This document shows, piece by piece, positions 46,629-54,897 of a stretch of DNA of 64,000 bases. The notes under the pieces are model-generated. The model was not told the origin of the DNA. It made no database searches and saw only the letters and a program-made list of their open reading frames with translations. This DNA comes from Burkholderiales bacterium. GTDB lineage: Bacteria > Pseudomonadota > Gammaproteobacteria > Burkholderiales > SG8-41. Numbering within the stretch: position 1 is the first letter of the stretch; the number at the start of each line of letters is the position of its first letter. The stretch covers positions 84,246 through 148,245 of the forward strand of contig DATBKZ010000034.1 of NCBI GenBank assembly GCA_036555615.1, written 5' to 3'. Position numbers and translations under genes: made by a program.

Positions 46629-46685
46629 GCCGGCAGCTGCCGGCCTTTCACCGTCGTCACGCCTTACCCGCGAAGCGCCTGACAG

Positions 46686-47624
46686 ATGGAACACATGACG
46701 GGGCTGCTGGCGGAGCACGGCCTGGCGCTCGTGTTTACCAACGTGCTGCTGGCGCAGGCGGGGGTGCCGCTCCCCGCCGTGCCGATTCTGGTCGTTGCCG
46801 GCGCGTTCGTCGCCCAGGGTCAGATCGCGCTCGCGCCGCTCATTCTCGTATCAGTGATCGCCTCGCTCATCGGCGATACGCTCTGGTATGCCGCCGGCCG
46901 GCGTCACGGCTATCGGGTTCTGCGCACGCTGTGCCGCGTGGCGATCGAGCCGGATTCGTGCGTCAAGCAGACCGAGAACATCTTCGAGCGCTGGGGTGTG
47001 TCGTCGCTGATGCTGGCCAAGTACGTCCCGGGCTTTTCCACGGTCGCGCCGCCGCTTGCAGGAGCCATGCGGCTCGCACTGCCGCGTTTCCTCGCTTATA
47101 GCGCCGTCGCCGCTTTGCTTTGGGCGGGCCTGCCGATCGTGCTCGGGGCAGTTTTCGAAATGGAGGTCGAGCGCGTCCTCGAGTGGCTCGCGGGCATGGG
47201 AACCGGCGCAGTAGCGATCATAGGGGCGGTCGTGCTGCTCTACATCGGCGTCAAGCTCGTGGAGCGCTATTTGCTGATCCGCTTCCTGCGCATGGTGCGG
47301 ATAGGCGCCGGGGAGCTGCGCGAGCTGATGGCGCGAGAGCCGCGGCCGGTCGTGCTCGACGTGCGCTCAGCCGTGGCGCGCAAGCTCGACCCGCGCCGCC
47401 TGCCTGGCGCGATCGCCGTGGATATCGATGCGCCGCAGGCGGCCCTCGCGGCGGTGCCTCCCGACCGCGATGTCGTCGTCTATTGCAGTTGACCGAACGA
47501 AGCGAGCGCGGCGCGTGTCGCCCGCCTGCTGATGGACCGGGGTTACCGGCGCGTTCGCCCGCTGGAAGGCGGATTGGAAGCCTGGGTCGAGGCCGGCGGC
47601 GAGCTGGACGCGCAGTCGTGGTAA
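46686..47624 (+). CDS. DedA-family membrane protein fused to a single-domain rhodanese, interrupted by an in-frame TGA (47490-47492) at the catalytic-Cys position. Either a selenocysteine codon or a nonsense mutation.
   Basis: The DedA part (46686-47300) is secure. The same frame reads ...[47 protein letters not shown]...-TAA (47622-47624). There is no start codon for an independent downstream ORF. GC3-rich codons continue after the TGA. Confidence 0.6.
47501..47530 (+). other. SECIS-like hairpin 9 nt downstream of the in-frame TGA
   Basis: Upper stem 47506-47513 / 47519-47525 (7 bp, bulged C 47509), apical loop CGUGU (47514-47518). Lower stem 47501-47504 / 47527-47530 includes one G-U pair. 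Folded by hand, not by a model. Confidence 0.3.
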
Positions 47625-47640
47625 ATTGAGTTGGAATCCA

Positions 47641-48558
47641 ATGAGCTGGACCCAGTCCGTCGAGCCGCTCTGCAGGACCTGCCCGGGCACGCCCGCGATC
47701 GAGATGGTCATCGAGGCGAGAACGCGCGATCTCGGCGGCTTCAGCGTCGGGCGGGTGCTGCCTTCCGCGCGGCGCAGGCTCGTCGGACCGTTCATCTTCT
47801 TCGATCACATGGGGCCGGTCGCATTTCCCCCGGGGCAGGGGATAGACGTCCGTCCACACCCCCACATCAATCTCGCCACGGTCACCTACCTGTTCGAGGG
47901 CGAGATCGTGCATCGCGACAGCCTCGGCTCGCTGCAGGCGATCCGGCCGGGAGCGATCAATTGGATGACGGCAGGAAAGGGCATCGTCCATTCCGAGCGG
48001 ACCGGCCCGGAACCGAGAACGGCGGGATCGCGGTTGCACGGCTTGCAGCTCTGGGTCGCACTGCCAAGAGCGCACGAGGAGATGGATCCCGACTTCCGGC
48101 ATTACCCCGCTGCATCGCTGCCGGAGTTCGAGCGGCGGGGCACACGGGTGCGGGTTCTGGCGGGAACCGCCTATGGCGCCGCATCGCCCGTGCGGACGCT
48201 GAGCCCGCTACTCTACGCCGAAGCGACGATACCGGCAGGAGGAGAATTGCCGCTGCCGGACGAGCACCGGGAACGGGCGGCATACGTCGTGGAAGGCGTG
48301 ATCCATTGCAGCGGGGAGCGCGTCGATCCATTGCGCATGGCCGTATTCGCGCCCGGCCCCGTTCCGCCGCTTCGGGCAGAGTCGCCCGCGCGCGTCATGC
48401 TCATCGGCGGCGCACCGCTCGACGGGGAGCGGCATATCTGGTGGAACTTCGTGTCGAGCTCGCGCAGCCGCATCGAGCAGGCCAAGCGTGACTGGAAGGA
48501 AGGCCGCTTCGCTCCGGTTCCGGGAGAAACCGAGTTCATTCCGCTCCCCGAAGCGTGA
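47641..48558 (+). CDS. Pirin-family protein (long, about 300 aa form)
   Basis: [10 protein letters not shown]...[12 protein letters not shown]...[23 protein letters not shown]...IVHSER pirin motifs. The start is ambiguous (TTG 47626, ATG 47641 or ATG 47704). Confidence 0.85.
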   Translation: MSWTQSVEPLCRTCPGTPAIEMVIEARTRDLGGFSVGRVLPSARRRLVGPFIFFDHMGPVAFPPGQGIDVRPHPHINLATVTYLFEGEIVHRDSLGSLQAIRPGAINWMTAGKGIVHSERTGPEPRTAGSRLHGLQLWVALPRAHEEMDPDFRHYPAASLPEFERRGTRVRVLAGTAYGAASPVRTLSPLLYAEATIPAGGELPLPDEHRERAAYVVEGVIHCSGERVDPLRMAVFAPGPVPPLRAESPARVMLIGGAPLDGERHIWWNFVSSSRSRIEQAKRDWKEGRFAPVPGETEFIPLPEA

Positions 48559-48658
48559 CTCCACGCTCGCATCCTGCAGCGACCCGATAAGCCGCTTTGG
48601 ACAAACGGGAGGTTTCGCGCCGCGCGGCCGGAACGCTTCCATTCCCTGAGGTGCTGCC

Positions 48659-50428
48659 ATGAACGGTGAGCAATTCCTGGTGCAGGCGACCGTGTTTCTC
48701 GCGGCGGCGGTGATCGGCGTGCCGCTCCTCAAGCGGCTCGGACTCTCCTCAGTGCTGGGCTACATCGTCGCGGGCGCGGCGATCGGCCCGTGGGGACTCG
48801 CGCTCGCCGGCGACGTCGAAGGCGTGCGCGCTTTCGCCGAGATCGGCATCGTGCTGCTGCTCTTCCTGATCGGGCTCGAAGTGCTGCCGGCGCGCCTGTG
48901 GGAGCTGCGCCGCGCGGTATTCGGGTTCGGCACCGCGCAGGTGGTCGCGACGGGGGCCGTTCTCGGAATCGCCGCGTGGGCGCTCGGTGTTGCGCCAGCT
49001 GCTGCCGCCGTCGTCGGCTTCGGGTTGGCGCTCTCGTCGACGGCGATAGGCCTGCAGATCCTGATCGAAAAGAAGCAGCTCTCGACCCCGCAGGGACGCG
49101 CCGGGTTCGCCGTCCTGCTGTTCCAGGACCTCGCTGTGATCCCGCTGCTGGCAGTGCTGCCGGCGCTAATGGAGGGCCAAGCCGGAGTGGTGCATGCCGC
49201 GGGCGGCTTTTCGCCGCTGGTAACGGTCCTGCTGCTTGCCGGGGTCGTGGCGGCAGGGCGCTACCTGCTGCGGCCGTACTTCCGGATGCTGGCGGAGGCC
49301 GGCAGCCGGGAAGTCTTCTCCGCCGGCGCTCTGCTGGTGGTACTCGCGGTCGGCGTCTTCATGCACCAGCTCGGTATCTCCATGGCGCTCGGCGCGTTCG
49401 TCGCGGGCATGCTGCTCGCCGGCTCCGAGTATCGCCACGAGATCGAGGCCGACATCGAGCCGTTCAAGGGCCTGCTACTGGGGCTTTTCTTCATGGCGGT
49501 TGGGATGTCCGTCAACTTCGCGTTGATCGCCGCCGAGCCGCTGAAGATCGCCGGCCTGGTCATCGCGCTGGTCGCGATCAAGGCGGCCGTGGTCTTCGCG
49601 CTCGCTCGCGCCTTCGGGGAAAGGGCGCCCGCGGCGTACGCGCTGGCGGTGGTGCTGTCACAGGGCGGTGAGTTCGCGTTCGTGCTGTTCTCCGTGGCGG
49701 CCGGCGGAAGGCTGCTGCCCGCGGCGCTGGCTGATCTGCTGGTCGCGGTCGTCACCATCAGCATGCTGACCACCCCGTTCCTGGTGAACCTGCTCCGCTG
49801 TCTGCCGCAGCGCGCGGAAGCGGCGGCAAGCGGAGGCGCGGCACCGCCGGCCGAGGACAACCCGGTGATCATCGCCGGCTTCGGCCGCTTCGGCCAGATC
49901 GTCGGGCGCATCCTCGCCACGCGCGGCATTCCCTTCACCGCGCTCGATGCCGACTCGGAGCAGCTTGATTTCGTGACCCGGTTCGGCGAGAAGGCCTATT
50001 TCGGAGACGCATCGCGCCTCGACCTGCTGCGTGCGGCACGGGCCGACATGGCCGCGATCCTGGTGATCGCGATCGACGACATCGAGGCCTCCATGAAGTG
50101 CGCCGAGATTGCGAAGCAGCATTTCCCGCAGTTGAAGATCTTCGCGCGCGCCCGCAACCGGCTGCATGCCTACCGCCTGCTCGACCTCGGCGTCTCGCGC
50201 GTGTGGCGCGAGACCTTTCATTCGAGCGCCGACCTGGCCGGCCGCGTGCTGACGGAGTTGGGGCTGCCCGAGTCAACCGCGGAGGAGACGGTGCGCATTT
50301 TCACGCTGCACGACGAGCGGCTGCTGCGGCGCGCGGCTGCCCACCATGCGGACATGCCCAAGCTGATCGAGATCGCGCGGGCTGGCCGCGCCGAGTTGCG
50401 GAGCCTGTTCGAGCAGGACCGGCGATGA
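48659..50428 (+). CDS. Glutathione-gated K+ efflux system protein, KefB/KefC type (CPA2 membrane domain plus RCK/TrkA-N)
   Basis: 589 aa. Kef-like TM domain and VIIAGFGRFGQIVGRIL Rossmann-type RCK domain. Confidence 0.9.
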   Translation: MNGEQFLVQATVFLAAAVIGVPLLKRLGLSSVLGYIVAGAAIGPWGLALAGDVEGVRAFAEIGIVLLLFLIGLEVLPARLWELRRAVFGFGTAQVVATGAVLGIAAWALGVAPAAAAVVGFGLALSSTAIGLQILIEKKQLSTPQGRAGFAVLLFQDLAVIPLLAVLPALMEGQAGVVHAAGGFSPLVTVLLLAGVVAAGRYLLRPYFRMLAEAGSREVFSAGALLVVLAVGVFMHQLGISMALGAFVAGMLLAGSEYRHEIEADIEPFKGLLLGLFFMAVGMSVNFALIAAEPLKIAGLVIALVAIKAAVVFALARAFGERAPAAYALAVVLSQGGEFAFVLFSVAAGGRLLPAALADLLVAVVTISMLTTPFLVNLLRCLPQRAEAAASGGAAPPAEDNPVIIAGFGRFGQIVGRILATRGIPFTALDADSEQLDFVTRFGEKAYFGDASRLDLLRAARADMAAILVIAIDDIEASMKCAEIAKQHFPQLKIFARARNRLHAYRLLDLGVSRVWRETFHSSADLAGRVLTELGLPESTAEETVRIFTLHDERLLRRAAAHHADMPKLIEIARAGRAELRSLFEQDRR

Positions 50429-50507
50429 TGTTGCCTGCCGCCGGCGCGCGGCAAAATCATATATATTTGGCGCTTTTCCGGGACTCACTCCAGAGGAGAA
50501 CGACAAC

Positions 50508-51113
50508 ATGCTTGAACGACCCGCGCCGACAAACATTGCCATTCACGATCTGTTCAAGCGCCGCTGGAGCCCGCGCGCGTTCGACCCGAACCGGCCCGTC
50601 ACGCGCGAGCAGCTGAAGGTGCTGCTCGAGGCCGGGCGCTGGGCCCCTTCCTGCAATGGCGACGAGCCGTGGCGCTACCTGATCTGGGACAAGAGCCGCG
50701 ACCCCCAGGGCTGGCAAAAGGCCTACGACTGCCTGAACGAGAACAACAAGAAATGGGTGAAGAACGTGCCGCTCCTGATGCTCTCCTGCGCGGGCAACGC
50801 TTTCGAAGCCACCGGAAAGCCCAACCGCTGGACGCAACACGATACCGGCGCGGCCAGCGTCTCGATGGCGCTGCAGGCGGTCGCGATGGGGCTGATCATC
50901 CACCAGATGGGCGGGTGGGACGTCGAGAAGGCGCGCGCGGCGTTCGCGATCCCGCCGGAATACACGCCGATGGCGATGATCGCGGTCGGCTACCAGGCCA
51001 GCCCGGATATACTGGACGAGGAAACGAAAGCCAAGGAAATGCGGCCCCGCACGCGCAAGCCGATCGCGGATCGGTTCTTCGAGGGCGGATGGGGCAAGCC
51101 GGTCGCCGTCTAA
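50508..51113 (+). CDS. Nitroreductase-family protein
   Basis: LFKRRWSPRAF...LLEAGRWAPSCNGDEPWRY is the typical nitroreductase N-terminal motif. GAGGAG lies upstream. Confidence 0.85.
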   Translation: MLERPAPTNIAIHDLFKRRWSPRAFDPNRPVTREQLKVLLEAGRWAPSCNGDEPWRYLIWDKSRDPQGWQKAYDCLNENNKKWVKNVPLLMLSCAGNAFEATGKPNRWTQHDTGAASVSMALQAVAMGLIIHQMGGWDVEKARAAFAIPPEYTPMAMIAVGYQASPDILDEETKAKEMRPRTRKPIADRFFEGGWGKPVAV

Positions 51114-51209
51114 GCCGCCGCGCGAGCCGCGGCTCGCGGCTCGTGAACGGCCCCAGGGATGGGACCCGCGAGGGCCCTTCCTGCCGCGACCCGCGCCCGC
51201 GAGTCACGG

Positions 51210-51863
51210 ATGTTTGAGGACTTCGTCCACGCGATCTTCTGGCCGTTCTTTCTCGGCGGGCTGGTGGGCCTCATGTCCATCAGCAATCCGCTGTCGAAGA
51301 TCCCGCTGTTCGTCTCGCTCACCGAGGACATGTCGCAGCGCGAGCGCGCGGCCGTCGCGCGCAAGGCCTGCTTCTACGGGTTTGCTTTGCTGGTGTTCAC
51401 GCTGTTCTTCGGCGTGTTCATCCTTGAGGCGTTCGGCATCTCGTACGGGGCCCTGCGCGTGGCGGGCGGGCTCACCGTCGCGCTGCTTGGCTACCGCATG
51501 CTGTTCGGCTACGGTTACGTCGGACTGACGGCGAAAGGGGGCCGGGGCAACATCGCCGTATTCCCATTGGCGCTGCCGGCCATCAGCGGCCCGGGCGCGA
51601 TCGCGGTGGTGATCGGCATATCGACCGAGATTGCCGAGCTCAGGACGGCGGCGCTCAAGGCGATCGCGTACGGCGCGACCGTCGCGAGCATCCTCCTCAC
51701 CTGCGTCGCGATCTGGCTCACGTTCCGGTCGGCCCGCATGATCTCGCGGGCCATGGGGCCGGATGCGATGGAGGCGATCACCCGCATCATGGGCTTCCTG
51801 CTGGTGTGCATCGGCGTGCAGTTCGTCGCCTCCGGGGTGCGGAGTTTCGTCGCCGGACAATAA
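51210..51863 (+). CDS. MarC-family (UPF0056/NAAT) integral membrane protein
   Basis: 217 aa, 6 TM. LMSISNPLSKIPLFVSL and FPLALPAISGPGAIA are MarC-family motifs. Confidence 0.85.
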   Translation: MFEDFVHAIFWPFFLGGLVGLMSISNPLSKIPLFVSLTEDMSQRERAAVARKACFYGFALLVFTLFFGVFILEAFGISYGALRVAGGLTVALLGYRMLFGYGYVGLTAKGGRGNIAVFPLALPAISGPGAIAVVIGISTEIAELRTAALKAIAYGATVASILLTCVAIWLTFRSARMISRAMGPDAMEAITRIMGFLLVCIGVQFVASGVRSFVAGQ

Positions 51864-51875
51864 CCGGCACGCCGC

Positions 51876-52580
51876 TCACGGCTCGAGGCCGAGCTTTACC
51901 GCCAGCATCAGTCCAGCTCCGACCGAAAACGCCACGAAGTGGATCACATTGGTCCGGAGCTCGGCGTGCGACTTGATCTCGGGAATCAGGTCGGAGGCGC
52001 CGATGTAGATGAAGTTGCCGGCTGCGAACGGCACCAGCAACGAAACATCGAGGCGGAACGATGCGACGTAGGCGATGAGCCCGCCGGCGAGAAAGGTGAG
52101 CGCCGAGAGGAGGTTGAAGGCGAGCGCCTGGCGCTTTTCCCATCCGCCATGCACCAGCACGCCGAAGTCGCCTAGTTCCTGGGGGACTTCGTGTGCCGCC
52201 GCCGCGAGCCACGTGACGACGCCGAGACGAATGTCGATCAGGAAGGCGCCCGCCACGGCCACGCCGCCGAGAAGATTGTGCAATCCGTCGCCTATCAGGA
52301 TGAGGTACGTCAGCGGCTTCCTGCATTCCACGTCGCTGCGGTGGCAATGGTGCCAGTGCAGGAACTGCTCGAGTCCGAGGAACACCGCAAACCCGGCCAG
52401 CACGCATGCATAGATGACCGTTTCGTCGAGGCCGGCGGCGAACCCGGCCGGGATCATGTGAAAGAACGCGCCCCCGAGCAACGATCCGGCCGCGAACGCC
52501 ACGAGCGGGCTCAAGACGCGCCGCAACGTCCGTTCCTCGAGCAGCAGCGTGACACTGCCGACGAGCGCGATCGCGCTCAT
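51876..52580 (-). CDS. ZIP-family divalent-metal transporter
   Basis: LIGDGLHNLLGGVAVAGAF and AAHEVPQELGDFGVL are ZIP/ZupT signature helices. ATG 52580 is the first canonical start. The ORF stays open upstream, so a longer N-terminus is possible. Confidence 0.8.
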   Translation of the reverse strand: MSAIALVGSVTLLLEERTLRRVLSPLVAFAAGSLLGGAFFHMIPAGFAAGLDETVIYACVLAGFAVFLGLEQFLHWHHCHRSDVECRKPLTYLILIGDGLHNLLGGVAVAGAFLIDIRLGVVTWLAAAAHEVPQELGDFGVLVHGGWEKRQALAFNLLSALTFLAGGLIAYVASFRLDVSLLVPFAAGNFIYIGASDLIPEIKSHAELRTNVIHFVAFSVGAGLMLAVKLGLEP

Positions 52581-52687
52581 CAGCAGCCCGCTTCCGACGA
52601 TCCAAAGCAGCAGCGGATCCAGACCGTTGTTCTTTCGCTCTGCGGCGGGATTGAACTGTGGCGTCGTCGCCGTCGGGCGCGATGGCC

Positions 52688-53197
52688 TTACGGGAACGCG
52701 GGGATCGTGGGCTCGGTCCCCTTCACGTCCGCGTCGGGATGTTTCTGCTTCACGAGCGCCGTGATTTCGTCGACGCGCTCGCGCGGGACGTCGACCATGA
52801 CCAGGAGCTCGCCATGCTCGATCGCGTTCTCGAAGCGCTTGAGACGGGTATTGGGGACGTTCATTCCGACCATTCCGCCCAGCCATGCGCCGATCCCTGC
52901 GCCGGCAAGCGCGCTCGCCAGGATGATGCCCCCGGCAATCACCGGCCCCGCCGGCGGCAGCGATACCGCCACCAGGCCCGCGAGCGTGCCGGTCGCGCCG
53001 CCGAGCCCGAGCCCGCGCTGCACCGCAGGCACGAAATCCGACTTCTGCGTGAGCGAGGCTTCCGGGAGCGCCTTCAACGGAGTGCCGCGCTTCGCCAGGA
53101 CGTGCATGTGCCGCTCCTCGATGCGCGCAAGCAAGAGATCGTCGACGATCGTCTCGGCGCTATGCACGTTTGGAACCAGGAAATAAAGGCGCTTCAT
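52688..53197 (-). CDS. Glycine-zipper membrane protein (DUF1269-like), function unknown
   Basis: ATG 53197 follows GGGAGGG. 169 aa with soluble N- and C-terminal parts around a Gly-rich segment (GLGLGGATGTLAGL...ALAGAGIGAWLGGMVG). The family assignment is tentative. Confidence 0.6.
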   Translation of the reverse strand: MKRLYFLVPNVHSAETIVDDLLLARIEERHMHVLAKRGTPLKALPEASLTQKSDFVPAVQRGLGLGGATGTLAGLVAVSLPPAGPVIAGGIILASALAGAGIGAWLGGMVGMNVPNTRLKRFENAIEHGELLVMVDVPRERVDEITALVKQKHPDADVKGTEPTIPAFP

Positions 53198-53374
53198 CGG
53201 GTACCCTCCCACGCGTAATTGATTGGCAGTCGATGGCTTCCAGCCCGCTCTTGCCCTGTAAGGATCCTAGTAGGCTGGATGCCGGCGATTCTTGCGCTAG
53301 ATCAATGCCGGCCACGGTTGCCGGTGCGACCGGATCGCCACTCCCGTCGGGCAGGCCCTGCCCGGCTTCCGCAG

Positions 53375-54274
53375 CTACCTTGCTGCGGCCTCCCATGCCG
53401 GCGAGTGGCGCGCCTCGAGCGGCAGGTCCCACGCGCGGAAGTTCGACGCGTCGACGATCTCGGCAGGAAGAAGGATTTCGCGCGGGATGCGCTCGCCGCG
53501 CAGATACCGGATCGCGGCCTCGGTGGCGATGCTGGCGATGTGCATGGCATCGAAGCTGACGGTGGCGAGCAGCTTCCCGCTCTTGATCGCCGCGATGGCT
53601 TCGGGCAGGGCGTTGACGCCCACCAGCGGAACGCGCCGGCCTGCCGCTTCCAGCGCCTCGATTGCCCCCAGCGCCATGACGTCATTCGCGCACAACATGC
53701 CTTCGACGCGCGGCAGCGCGGCGAGCAGCTCCGCCGTCACGCGCCGCGCGGTCTCCTGCTGGTAGTCCGCCGCGCGCGACGCGAGGACGCGTATTCCCGG
53801 TGTTTCACGGATGACACCATGAAATCCGCGCATCCGCTCCTGGCTGGTTACCGCGGCGGGCACGCCTTCGAGTATGACGATGCCCCCCTTGCCGCCGATG
53901 TGCCGGAACAGATATGCCGCGATGTGCCGTCCCAGCTGGAAGTCGTCCGATCCGACGAAGGTTATGAAGCGCCCTTGCGCAAGCCGGTTGAGATAATTCA
54001 CGACAGGAATCTTGGCGGCCTCGAGCTTGCACACCGAGTCGCTCATCGCCGTGGCATGCACCGGAACGAAAACCACGGCATCGGGCCGCTCCTCGATTGC
54101 GCGCGCAACGAGCGCCTGCTGCTGGTCGACGTCGTCGGGCTTGTCCGGAACGTAATGCACGACGCGCGCGCCCATGCGCGCCGCGACGCGGTCGGCTCCC
54201 AGCCGGGCGGCCGCGTACGCGGGGTTAGTGCGGTTCTTGGTGAATACCGCGATGACCGGATCGCGAGGCCGCAA
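53375..54274 (-). CDS. Type-I periplasmic-binding-protein fold (RbsB/LacI ligand-domain-like) protein with neither signal peptide nor HTH
   Basis: 299 aa starting directly with the first beta-strand (PVIAVFTKNRTNPAY). Sugar-binding-protein-like motifs include ANDVMALGAIEA and ATVSFDA. There are no transporter genes nearby. Confidence 0.75.
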   Translation of the reverse strand: MRPRDPVIAVFTKNRTNPAYAAARLGADRVAARMGARVVHYVPDKPDDVDQQQALVARAIEERPDAVVFVPVHATAMSDSVCKLEAAKIPVVNYLNRLAQGRFITFVGSDDFQLGRHIAAYLFRHIGGKGGIVILEGVPAAVTSQERMRGFHGVIRETPGIRVLASRAADYQQETARRVTAELLAALPRVEGMLCANDVMALGAIEALEAAGRRVPLVGVNALPEAIAAIKSGKLLATVSFDAMHIASIATEAAIRYLRGERIPREILLPAEIVDASNFRAWDLPLEARHSPAWEAAAR

Positions 54275-54282
54275 TTCAGGTT

Positions 54283-54308
54283 TCCCTCGCCCCCTGGCGG
54301 GGGAGAGG
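54283..54308. repeat. GC-rich REP-like hairpin (CCCTCGCCCCC-TGGC-GGGGGAGAGGG)
   Basis: 11-bp stem with one mismatch in the 54-bp gap between two minus-strand genes, followed by GCAGGGTGCGGGGG. It resembles GGGAGAGGG-type intergenic repeats common in proteobacteria. Only one copy occurs in this window. Confidence 0.4.
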
Positions 54309-54328
54309 GCAGGGTGCGGGGGCTGTCT

Positions 54329-54763
54329 TCAGCGCAGGTTTGCCTGCGCCGTCGTTCCGAGCGGCACGGCGTCCTCGACTCGCTCGTTGAGGAAATTGAA
54401 CTCGAGCTTGGTGCCGACCGGGTCGTAGAGAAAGACCTGGTAGCCCGCGTTCTCGATGTTCTGCTCCTCGAACTCGATGCCGAGCTTCTTCAGGCGCTTG
54501 CGGAAGTCCGCCGCGCCGGAGGCCTTGAACGCGATGTGGTCGACGCTGCCGTTGTGCTTGTCCTTGACCAACGAGCCCCTGGGAAAGCGCGCGCCGACGT
54601 GGATGATGGGGTCTTCGCCGTCGTAGAGCCAGACCCCTCCGAACGTAAAGTTCGGCCGGTAGCCGGTCTTCAGCCCCAGCACGTCGCCGTAGAACTTCTC
54701 GATCGCGGGCAAATCTTCCTTGGAGCAGCGGATATTGAGATGCAGAAAGCCTTCGAATTTCAT
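54329..54763 (-). CDS. VOC/glyoxalase-bleomycin-resistance-dioxygenase superfamily protein
   Basis: ATG 54763 follows GGGAGG. FLHLNIRC...FYGDVLGL...DHIAFKA...YDPVGTKLEF is the paired beta-alpha-beta-beta-beta pattern. Confidence 0.8.
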   Translation of the reverse strand: MKFEGFLHLNIRCSKEDLPAIEKFYGDVLGLKTGYRPNFTFGGVWLYDGEDPIIHVGARFPRGSLVKDKHNGSVDHIAFKASGAADFRKRLKKLGIEFEEQNIENAGYQVFLYDPVGTKLEFNFLNERVEDAVPLGTTAQANLR

Positions 54764-54897
54764 GGCCAACCTCCCAGGCGCCGAATCTGCTGAGCAAGAT
54801 GCTAGCACAAGTCAACTGTCGAGCCGCTGGAAAATCAGTGATAATCTAACCGCGCCCAGAATAGTCCCGGCGCGCCCACATTCCGGAGGAGAAAACG

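Noticed and set aside
47120-47629. 169-aa plus-strand ORF covering the rhodanese region in a different frame
   Set aside because: The translation is Arg/Gly/Ala-rich with no motif. The frame continuous with DedA gives a textbook rhodanese sequence instead.
51121-51138. 18-bp GC palindrome CGCGAGCCGCGGCTCGCG after the nitroreductase gene, considered as a terminator
   Set aside because: It has no flanking T-tract on either strand. It may form a hairpin, but I cannot support an intrinsic-terminator call.
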